Source: Paragordius varius (taxonomy: Eukaryota; Animalia; Nematomorpha). Taken from it: a stretch of 64,000 bases of DNA. How positions within the stretch are numbered: position 1 is the first letter of the stretch; every line of letters begins with the position of its first letter. A model generated the notes under the pieces. The model had not been told where the DNA came from and made no database searches. It saw nothing but the letters and a program-made list of their open reading frames with translations. The stretch covers positions 7,006,001 through 7,070,000 of the forward strand of contig OZ176056.1 of the NCBI GenBank assembly GCA_964247055.1, given 5' to 3'. This document shows, one piece after another, positions 14,219 to 25,900 of the stretch. The position numbers were made by a program, and so were the translations under genes.

Positions 14219-14414
14219 GATTATCAGAATATATAATATTAACTAATTTATCTAAATCAATTATTGAAATAATAATAAATTTATATTGATTTTATATCCG
14301 TCTACATATTCTCGATTGCTTGGGATAAGAAAGCAGATTGCTATATCTCGAATTATCATGGTCGCATGCTTTATGTTAGATATATTTCTTGTTCAGTGAA
14401 TTTCGGCTTATTGA

Positions 14415-16052
14415 TATCACTTGCACTTTTGGTTCTTGAACATTTCAAGTTGCTCCTTTGACATTTTTGTTTTGTTATTACATTTTATCAATCGAATCAT
14501 ATATTATTCATCTATTTTAGCCTTTTCAATCTATTTTCTATTATTTAACTTAAATTTTATATCAATATCAACTTAAATCATTGAAAAACCGTATATCTTT
14601 ATAATTTACTAGCGCAAATCTCGTGCTGCTGCGCAGCCCGAGGAAGTCCTTCGGACTTCTGGGGGAAGGGGGGGGGGGGGAAATTATTTGAAAAAAGGGA
14701 CAATAAAAGGATCTACATATGTGGATTATTTCGAAACATTATTTAATAGCTATGATCTCATAGGAATCTTAAAACGGTGCATTCATACATATTTATTGGT
14801 TACTTGGGGGAAAAATAGATTTAAAAAATTATTTTTGTGGACTTTGTTTTTTGAAGTAGGTGGCATTTTACGGGGGGAGCGGGTAAAAGAGGGCCTAAAT
14901 CAAAAAAGTGACTCGACTATGTTTTGGCGCAATCGAAAGTAACTAAATAAAAATCATAATTGAAATTGAATGGTCCAACACGTTCTCCGGAAAATTGTCT
15001 CAAAGACACGATTTTTGTGGACTTGTTTTCAAAAAAAACCCTTTTTCACACGGGATGGGCCCGAACTGGGGGCCTATTTCAAAAAAAGGGCGAAGCTATT
15101 GTCGGGGCATTCATTAATGATTATATTATTTCGATATTTGGATTTGAATGGGTTCACCGGTTTTCCGGAAACAGATCACAAAGTTACATGAGGAATCAGT
15201 TTTTAGCGGGTAACTCCTTACCCAGCAGCTATCATCAAAAAAACGCCTGACTAAAATTTTTGCCTTTTAACCGAGAATACGTGGAATCCATACTGAATTA
15301 TAACAGTCTCATACCTAGGGCGAAAAATCGATTTAAAAAAATATTTTTGTGGACTTTGTTTTTTGAAAAAGGTGGCAATTTACGGGGGGAGCGGGTAAAA
15401 AGAGGGCCTAAATCAAAAAAGTGACTCGACTATGTTTGGCGCAATCGAAAATAACTAAATAAAAATCATATTTGAAATTGAATGGTCCAACACGTTCTCC
15501 GGAAAATTGTCTCAAAGACACGATTTTTGTGGACTTCTGTTTTCAAATAAAACCCGTTTTTCACACGGGGTGGGCCCGAACTGGGGGCCTATTTCAAAAA
15601 GGGCGAAGCTATTGTCGGGGCATTCATTAATGATTATATTTTTTCGATGTTTGGATTTGAATGGGTCTACCGGTTTTCCTGTACCAGATCACAAAGCCAG
15701 CATTTTCTATTTTTATAAATATATAGATTAAAATTATTTTGGTTTATAAGATTTTATCACTTAATTAAAAATTATATAAGTTTTCTGGTTTTTTCCAGTT
15801 TTTCATTGAAAACATAAAAATTAATATTTTCGTTAAATTGGAAAAAATTATTTGGAAACAAAAAGTGGTAAATAAAAACTTTTATTTTCAAATAAATAAA
15901 TATAAAAAGAAAAGGTTAAAAAATAATTTAAATAATTACATAAAAAATATAGTTGAATCAAAATTAAACTTGAAGTGTTCAAGGACCAAATTGAAATGTT
16001 CAAAGACCAAATTGAATGGTTCAAGGGTACTCTTGAAGTGCAAACGGTATAT
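14415..16052. mobile_element. ATATACCATTT-family MITE interrupted by a 1.1-kb insert
   Basis: Left tatcacttgcactttt..ttgaacatttcaagttg, right cttgaagtgcaaacggtatat; same subterminal repeats as 2790-3370. Confidence 0.55.
14608..15728 (+). mobile_element. Putative non-autonomous Helitron/Helentron-like element with internal ~510-bp tandem duplication
   Basis: Begins after TTT with actagcgc, has palindrome gctgcgcagc and hairpin gaagtcc-ttc-ggacttc near the 5' end, and ends ...tatatagat. 14810-15175 is repeated at 15322-15695. The class call is from recalled terminal architecture only. Confidence 0.4.
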
Positions 16053-16186
16053 TAATCTTAGACGATTTTGGAGGTGTTATCAATTTTATTGATAGGAGCC
16101 ATTTTTTAGGAAGGAAATTTTTATATTTATGTTAGATTGTTACATAAAAATATTAAATATAGGTTCTTATCAATTCAATTTTTATA

Positions 16187-16582
16187 TATATCATTTGCAC
16201 TTCAATAGCGTCCTTGACCACTTCAAGTTATTTGAATTCAAGTTGGTCCTTAAACCCTTCAAGTTGGTCCTTACTTTTTTTAATAAACTATAATTTTTGC
16301 ATTTGTTTTATTATTTTTTAACCTAAAAAATGTAATTAATAACCCAGAAAACTGTTATAATTTTAATTACGTGATAATATCTTAAAGATATACTGTTGCT
16401 GAAAGATTAAAAGTTGATGTTGATATAAAAATATGTTAAATAATAGGAAATAGGTTGATAACGATATAATAGTTGTATGATATACGATTTGATTGATATA
16501 AAATCAATACAAATATATGAAAGGACCAGAAAAATGTTCAACCAACTTGAAGCGTTCCAGGACACTGAAATGCAAATGGCAT
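16187..16582. mobile_element. ATATACCATTT-family MITE copy
   Basis: atatatcatttgcacttcaa ... cactgaaatgcaaatggcata inverted ends with ttcaagttggtcc repeats. Confidence 0.55.
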
Positions 16583-18057
16583 AAGCAAATCTTATGGTAT
16601 TTTGAAGCGATTTGGAAACCGTATGTAAACACGTAAATACATACCATACTTTCCCCTCATAATTCTTTATCAAAAATTTAAAATTTGGTCACAACACAAT
16701 TTATTAAATTTAATTTGTAATAAACGAATTTTAATATCAACATTCTGGGAGGGTAAAAAAAATATTTAATAATATTTTTAAATGCCTCTTTACCGTTAGC
16801 GTAGCGTTGGTGCATAAATCCTTGGTAGCGGCCCCTATTTTATTTAAATAAAACACGTTAAAGATTATTGCCATCACCTGTTTGAATAAAATAATAATAA
16901 TTTTTTAAATATACCAGAATACTTTGGTGAGTAAAAACAATATTAACATTGAGTAACCTTCATTCACCTAAAACTACATAAAACTAATTAAAAGTTATTC
17001 TTAAGCCTAGCTTTTTTATAAACAATAAAGGGCGGTAATACAGCTAGATTTTTAAAAAACCGCTTATGTTTTAAAATTCGGCCCAACTTATTATTGGTAT
17101 TATATTGGTTATGATATCAGTAATTAAAATTCACTTTTATGGTAACTGCTTTATATAAAAAATGACAAAAATTGCGCACATTTTACTAAATAATATTTTT
17201 GGGCGAGCTAAGTACTTCCATCAAAAAATATATGTATATGTAATAAAAATATTTAAAAAATATAAAATTGTTATAAAACTGTAATTTTAAGATGTGAACC
17301 CCAAAAGTCCTATATTTTAGACTTCTTTTAAATGGACAAGTTTTCTTAAAAAAGACACAAAATTGCCGGTATTGCGCGATATCCTTAATATATGCCCGAT
17401 TATGTCATCAAATTAAGTTATTTGTTAAAAAAATTGGAAGTTGGCTAGAATCTTCAAAGGGTATTATATGGATATTCAAGTGGAACCAGTAATTAAATTT
17501 TTTAGGAATACCTTTTCTCTATTTATGCTGTATATTAATTACCTCATATTAATAAATCTTAAATTTAATTTAACATTAAATTGTTTTTTTAAATTAGATT
17601 ATTCGAGAAGAAACTTAATAGGTCACTAGCCCATTATAGTGGGAATATAAAATTAGAATCCAGATTAAAAATAAAATTTTGATATAAGTATTGTTGTATT
17701 TAAATATGTTTTATATATATAATAATGAATGTGAACAAATATTTTGTATTACGATTTTCAACAAGTTTAAAAATTCTTATGCAGACAAAACGTAAAACAT
17801 ACCGCGGTCTTTGATAATGTCATTTTTATTATTATAGGCACTGTGGGAAACAATTTTATGGCACAGAATGTTATATAGCAAATCATCAATTTTAAATTTA
17901 TTTAGATTTAAATATATTAGTATAGATATTTGTTATTACTTTTTATAACTTAGCAAATTTGAGATAAATTCCCATAATTATTAGTATTACAATAAACACA
18001 ACAAATTCATATTCCCTGCCACAATAAATTAATAAATAAAAATATAAAAATTTCATG

Positions 18058-21000
18058 TTAATAAATAATTTTTTTGTGTAAATATGTGTGCGGTATATTA
18101 TTGCCGCCAATTTGTCCATAAGCGTCTTTTTTGCCACCCTCATACTGTTCCACATAATCGCCTTTGCCAGAAAGAACCCATTTATAGGTTAAAAGACCTT
18201 CCAGACTAACAGGGCCTCGAGCATGCAATTTTCCTGTACTTATACCAACCTCTGCACCTGAAAAATTTATTTAAAAAATAGGTTATTTTGGTTGATGGTT
18301 TTAGATATTAAAAGATAAAAATTAAGAAACAACCGAGAAACATAATTTTTTTATTAAAATAGATTTAAAATGTTTTTACGTTATTCTGGTTAATGATTTT
18401 GGATATTATATTAAAAATTAAAATGTAACGATAAATAAAAAATTAAGAATTTTAATATAATATGAAAAAATGTAATATTTTAGTGTTTGACTTAAATTAT
18501 TATATTTAATAAAGTAAAAAAGATAAATGATTAATATTAATTTATGATGGACATCAAATCATTTTTTGAAGACATAACGTTTTTGATTAATATAAAATTC
18601 AGAGTTACCTTACCGTATTAAAAAAATTCTACTAAACAAATTTATAATAATTGTAGGTAATACCTAATCCAAAACGGTATCCATCAGCAAACCTTGTACT
18701 TACATTGTGGAAGGCGCAAGCGCTATTCACTGATAATACAAAATTTTGGCCCTGAGTATCTAAAAATATATGTAATATATTTTTATTATCGTAGAAATAA
18801 AAGGAGCCAATTTTCACCATTACAAAAAAAAGGATTTGTTTTTATTTCATTTTTATTCCAGTTTTAATCTAAAGAAGTTTATGCTAAAATATAAACGAAA
18901 TATAACAAATATTATGATAATTTTACTTCATTAATAGCTCTTAAGCCCAAAATTTATTCTATAATAAATAAATAGGCTTAAAAAACAGCAAAAATTAGAA
19001 ATTTTTATAGAAAAATTGTTAAATAGTAAATAGGGTCAATAAATTACAGGTCTAGCCTATATATAAAGTTATCTACGGTGATCAACACCTAATCTTATCA
19101 CCAACCAATGTATCTAAAAATGCTTTTGAAAGATTCAAAAAACTTATATAATTAAATTTTTAAAAAAAAACATTAGCCATATTTATTTTGTAATAAAAAC
19201 CCCAATTTTAGTTAAATTGCGTTACAAAAAATCATTATTAAATTAAACAACACACACCAGAACTGGTAACAATGGTGTCGGTATGTAAACTGCCATATGT
19301 ATTTATATGATCAATAGCATCATTAACATTGTTCACTATTTCAATGCTACAATCTAAGTTTCCATACTCCGTTCGAAACAGGTCGTCGTAATCTGCCAAA
19401 AAAAGAAAAATATTATTTAAAAATTGTATATAATTTAAACGTCAAATTTACTCTTTCACCTAAAAACATTTTAAATACATTCTATAAATATTAGCCCTAA
19501 CTGATATTATATTGGTTTTTGGCATAATACATTAGATTCTTTTCTGTCATATCATATTTTTAAATTTAAAAATATTTATTAAAAATAAATATTCTGTTTG
19601 GTGAATTTCGCTAATATATTTTTATAACTAAACATGGCATACAAATCAAAAATTACCGGTATTTTATGATCCCGATAAAATTATATTTAAGTTTACAACT
19701 TTGATATAAAAAATAATCTATGTCAAAGGTAAAATCATTTATGAATTAAGTATATTATTTACAATTCAATTTTACCCTTAAACAATCCAAATTCACCCTT
19801 GAACAATTCAAATTCACCCTCGAACAATTCAAATTCACCCTCAAATAAAATATATGTTTTTTATTATTAAAAACCTATAGTCTATATATTTTTTTAAATA
19901 TAAAAATTTTGTTTTAAATTAAAATAATGAAAAAATAATAAACTATACCACAAACATATATTTCATATTAATAATGAGTTATATTAGTTCAAAAACAAAT
20001 AATTTATTTTTAGGGTGAATTTGAATTGTTCAAAGAATTTGAATTGTTCAAGGGTGAATTTGAACTGTAAATGGTATATATCGGATATATTTGGGTGAAT
20101 TATAAATGTTCAAATGTTTTAAGGGGTAAGTAAGAATTGGCATATTTAAACCTGCAAAAATATTATATAACATACCAATGTTTTTCGATTTTTCCAATAA
20201 AATTCCATCAAAATTGACTATTGTCTGATTTATTGGTTCAATATATGTTCTGGCATTTGGTCCCATATAAGCATGAATCTATAAAAATTGGATAATATAT
20301 GAGTTTCTAGACTTAAATTTTTAAGTCATTAATTATTTTAATAGTAGTTTTGTTTCTTATAAAAAATTATATTTTATCCAAAATTTAAATTAAATAATTA
20401 TATATTTTGCAAAATTGAAAAAATTAATATATTAATGTAATTTAAAAAAATAAGCTAGAATGCATCTATAATAAATATAATTTCTAATTTTCGACTTTAA
20501 TAGAAAAGTCTTTATTGAAAAAAAATAAATAAATTATAACGGAATATGACGCCCTATATAGTGTGGTAAAGGTAATTGAGGAAAAAACCAGTAGGATCAA
20601 GATTGTTGTGTACTTGAAAAATACAAACCTTTACAACATTATAAAAAGACATATATTATAAAATGGTTATTGGGATTGTTTAACAATTACAGAGATTGAT
20701 ATAAAACTAATTGTTATTGTGCCCACATATAATTCCAAATGGAGGACAGTAATAAACCATCGTCTCTGTTGAGTGATGCATTGTGTTTTGATTTCTATTG
20801 ATTCGCAAATGCTCTTGTTTTAATTTTATATTTTTGTTTTACCTAGGTGTCGGTAATGTAGCCTGTTTCATTGCAATTCAGATAAACCCAAAGTGGGTTT
20901 TAGTTGAATGTATTGAGAGTGTTCACGTAGACGGACGTCTATACTTCTACCGCTTTTCCTTATATGAAAGCTTTCATATAAATAAATGGCTTTGTAACGA

Positions 21001-22909
21001 GGTAGCTTGTTTTTGGGTATATGATCCTTGCATTTGATCAGATTGGTATGTTCCGTCATCGGTTTCTACACTGTACCGATATTAAATTTATTAAGTATAT
21101 TACCGATTTTGCTGGTAACATTATAATGGTAAGGTGGCTGTAGATACAAAGTTTTCTTTTTTAAGGTTTTGTGATGGATTTTATTGAAAAGTTTTTTTGA
21201 GGAGTCATTTTGATGATTCATATGTTTGAGATTCGATAATTCTATTGTTACAGAAATGAGTGACATATGCTATAAACTATATGGATGGATGAGTGTTTTA
21301 ATAACTGAATCTTTTTAAGCTGGTATTTTTATTAAAATTGTTCATATGATCAAAAAAACACGTAACTTATCCTTTCCATGAAGCTAAATAACAAATATGT
21401 CATCCACATAACTAACCACCTGGTAGGAAGGAGTTTGAAAAAGTTGAATACAAAAATACCAAAATCAGAAATTATGGACTTAATAAACAGCTTTACACAA
21501 CAAAAACTTAATCCTTACGCTCCCTAATTAATCCGCCTCTGTCTACACAACATATTTTTGTTATCAATGTTGAGTTTAACCTTAAAAACAATGGCACACC
21601 AATTAGACTAAGCGTTTCGCCTCAACTCTTCCTTACTCCTTCCTACCATGTGATTACGTTATGTGGATGACATATTTGTTATTTAGCCCCATGGAGAGGA
21701 TAGGTTATGTGAATTTTTTGTTCACATAAACAATATATAAAAATATTAATAACACTATGGAACACAATAATACTATTATAAGGTTCTTCTGGACATCTCA
21801 TACCGTTTATCGCAAACCAACCTTTGACTAAACGCTCATTCATACACATCACCTATAAATCAAAACATTCAGTTATTAAGACGTTCACACAGAGAGCCAC
21901 TGATCTATGTAACTCATCTACCGTAACAACAGAATTATCGAATCTCCCACATACGTTTCACCAAATAACTACTACAAGAAAACTTTTAGATAAAATACAT
22001 CACAAAACCTCGCATAAAAAAGAACAAAAGTTTGTATCTACAGCCAACTCACCATTATAATGTTACCAGCAAGGTAAAATCTTTAATAAATTTAATATCG
22101 GTACAATGTATAAGCCGATGACAAAACTTATCAATCTGATCAAATACAAGGATTTGATACCCGAAAACAAGCTTACTAGTATTTACAAAACCACTTGTTC
22201 ATATGCAACCGCCCATATATAAGGGAAAACGGTAGAAGTATAGACATTCGTATACGTGAGCACTGTCAATACATCCGCCTAAATAAATCCACTTCGGGAT
22301 TATCCGGAGCAATGAAGGACACTACATTACCGACACCTAGGCAAAACGAATATATAAAATTAAACAAGCGAATCAATAGAAATCAACACCCCATGTGGAA
22401 TTATATATTAGTACTATAACAGATTAGCTTTTATCAATCCATTGTAATTGTCACACAATCAATCAACCTTATTATAATATATGTCTTTTTTTATGGTTGT
22501 AAAGTTAAATGATTTTTTTATGCAACAATCTTGATCTATTGTTTTTTTATCAATTACCTATTATATGACATCCTTGAATTTTTTGAAAACCTTTCAATAA
22601 AAGTCGAAAATTTAAAATCTATTGGTATTTTTTACGCATTATAGCTCATTTTTTTAAATTATATGTATATATATATATATATATAAATATATATATGTAA
22701 CCTTTATTTTATCAAAAATTTATTTTCTTCCGTTAAATGAGTATAAATATTTGTTTAAGAATGGAAAAACAAGAGCTCTATGGTATTGACAATATCATAT
22801 TCATCAAAAAAGTATAAAAATTAACATAGAGCTCTTGTTTTTTTCATTCTTTACCAAATATTATACCATTGAACGAAAAAATCTTTTGATAAAATAAAAG
22901 ATACATGAG

Positions 22910-22941
<32 letters not shown>

Positions 22942-25900
22942 TATTTACGAACCCCTTCAGATTGAAACATTGTTAACAATGATGTAATAAAGGTTGGATT
23001 TTTCTCCAAAAACGTTTGATTAAGTAAGAGAGTTTCCATTGCATTACATGCTGATGGATAATTGCATTTGGAATCTCTAACTATACAGTAAAAAAAGAAA
23101 TTTATATAGACAAGACATAAAGAGTTAAATAATATTTTTTTATAAAAAAAGCATATTTTTCAAACCTTTATAGTTGTTAATATAATTTATCATAATTTAA
23201 AATTGCAATCCAACTAAGGAATTATTAATTAGTAACATAAGGATATAGGATTCAATAATCAAACATTAATATAGTTTTTTTAATATGTCTTTTTTATGTT
23301 TTATTATTTATTATAAATATGTGAGATAAAATTTTAAGGGTTGGATGTGATTGGTTAAGATGTTTGCTTCGCTAAACAAAATTGTTTTAAATTTTTAGCC
23401 AAATATAGTTGCAAATTTAGACCTTTTTTTTTAATTTATATTTTAATTGAATTTATTTATTTAAAATTTAAATCACTTTTAAAATAAATTAAAAATTAGA
23501 TTATTTTATAATACTGATTGATTTAACAAAAAATCACACGTTTTCTTTTAATTTTTATTCGGCATCAATGCGCTTATACATTCAGTATTTGAAATTCATC
23601 TCTATATAATAGCAGTGATGTTTTGAAGAATTAAAAAATAATAGAAACATATTGAAAATGGATTATTTTATCAAGAATAAACCATAAAAATATGTGGCCA
23701 CATAATAATAGGTGATTTTATTACATTTTAGCGACTTCAGATGTATTTATATGTAATTTTTTTACCTTATTATCAAAAAATAATTATGAATTAAAGTTAG
23801 GATATTCAAAAATATTTTATTTCTTATTATAATACTTATATTAAGGGCCATCTTGGGATCAGCATCTTCATGAATGTAAACATGGCAAATACCTTCGCTA
23901 TGACCCATTACTGGAATGCCTAAAAATATGTTAAATAAGGTAATATATATTTTAACTTGTAAAATTTAAGTTAAATAGATCGAAATATTAGATATGTTAT
24001 TTTTGAAAAAATAAAATTTAATAGGATTTTATTTTTAAACCATTTACTATTATTTAGTAATCTACTCTGACCTTAAAAAATATTACCTCTAAACATTGTT
24101 ACTTCCTGTTTTTTTTCAGTTAATTTAATCAAAGAAAATATTATATTAACATTAATTTTCCATGTTCAAAATTAAGCTAATAGGTTGTTAAAAATAACGT
24201 AAAAAAATGGAAATTTATCATTGCTACTATTTAAAATATATTTCTTGCATATATCAATAACAAAAATACAAAAAAATGATATAAATCCTAATTATAAGCT
24301 ATATATTGGATGGCTATAAAAATCAGAATATTATATATATATATATATATAAAATGCATTAATTTAACAAAAAAATTGCTTAACAAAAAATTATGATTAG
24401 GATATTAAATGTTTTACAGAATATACACAAACTTAACCTTTGCTTTTAGCCATTATCATTTGAACGAGTTGTTTAGATCCACGAGGGATTATGAGATCAA
24501 TATCATTGTTTAGGCTTAATAACGTATCTATATCTTCACGAGTACTAACCTATATAATATTTATATTTATAAAAACTTTGATTTAAATATTTACACAATT
24601 AACTATGAATCAAATATATTAAAACATAAAAATTAACTTTAAAATGTGTCGGATTGCAAAAATAAATCATGCTTTTAAAATAAAATTTTAAATTAACAAA
24701 AAGATTAAAAATTAATTAAAGAGCGTGTTTGACAAACAAAACGCTAATGAAAATTAAACGGTATAAAATTCAATATTTTCAAAAAAACTGTTATAATAAC
24801 GGTAATGGTTAAAATGTATTAAAATCTGACCCATAAAAATGACTTTTTCTAATTTATTATTTCTAAAACAATAGATTAAGTATATACTAATTGAACACTT
24901 TCCGAACAATCATATGGTTTTAAACACTTTTGAAGTAAGCCGTATAGGTATGCGTTTGATAATTTAGCTTCTTTTCCACCCTTAAGGATTAGACCGTTCC
25001 CAGTAGCTATACTTAGTGATGCAATCTAATTTCATTTTTATAAAAAAGTAAAAAACAGTCGTGTACAAAACCATCATAAAATATTTTAACTTCAAAATTT
25101 AATGTAATGAATTGAGATGCAGGTTAATATACCATTTACAGTTCAAATTCACCCTTAATTCAAATTCACCCTTGAACACTTCAAATTCACCCTCGAACAA
25201 TTCAAATTCACCCTTAAACAATTCAAATTCACCCTAAAATAAATTACGTGTTTTTTAAAATTATATATTACCTATGCTTTTTTATATTTTTAAAAACAGA
25301 AATCGTATGTAATCAAAATAATACTGAAAAAATAATAAACTTTGCCATAAAAATATATTTTATTATAATGAGTTATATTAGACCAAAATTCAATAATTTA
25401 TTTTTAGGGTGAATTTGAATTGTTCAAGGGTGAATTTGAATTGTTCAAGGGTGAATTTGAATTGTTTAAGGGTGAATTTGAACTGTAAATGGTATATTTT
25501 TCATAAGGCGTAATGGTATAGTAGATAGGGCGCCGGACTCTCAAACTGCTCCGAAACTACGCATACATCATGACTGTCAGCCCTAGGCAAGCGAATGTCA
25601 AAGCCTTCACAAGTCCGGATACAATTTAAGTCCTTACCCTTTAATAAAACAGGAAAAAGAAACTCTAAACTGTAATTGTTTCTATTTTCCGCATCCTTTA
25701 TAATAACTAATTTAGCCAAATAAGGTCGTAATATTCAGCACTGAGAGAGCCTCGTAGATTTAAATTACCAAGGTCTTAAAAAGCCAATTTTACTAACATT
25801 TTAACATAACCATATTATAAATTCACAAGGTTTATTTAGCCATATATTTATTATAAAATATTCAAACAAAAATAATTATATGGGTAATGTATGAAAAAAT

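Larger units (their letters stand above)
4110..14400 (+). repeat. Segmental tandem duplication of the serpin locus (~4.1-8.6 kb vs ~10.5-14.4 kb)
   Basis: Collinear non-coding matches: aaaattaaaagttttagat (~4175/~10572), gacataaaagcaataaataa (~4645/~11587), taaagagggcgcataa (~4910/~11828), acattaaacaagataaagc (~5144/~12113), all four serpin exons, and 3' flank atccgtcta...gattgtcatatctcg (~8525/~14297). Confidence 0.8.

Noticed and set aside
14688-15731. Several 74-96 aa ORFs
   Set aside because: They lie within a duplicated non-coding repeat; the frames are not conserved between the two units.
17290-17900. Coding-like patches (e.g. LLLNGQVFLKKTQNCRYC..., HCGKQFYGTECY) near the P5CS 3' end
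   Set aside because: No consistent exon chain or homology recognised on either strand.
18695-18705. Perfect GTAAGT donor-like word inside P5CS exon 16
   Set aside because: It encodes the conserved N(V/A)STRF motif; using it would truncate a conserved region, and there is no evidence it is used.
19760-25497. Regularly spaced ~20-bp repeats superficially like CRISPR arrays
   Set aside because: No unique spacers, arranged as inverted subterminal arrays of MITEs, eukaryotic context, no cas genes.
25500-25620. tRNA-Leu/Glu-like 5' half; partial resemblance to U3, U11 and SRP RNA words
   Set aside because: No T-arm/B-box or acceptor stem, no Sm site, no GNRA helix 8; kept only as an unexplained island.
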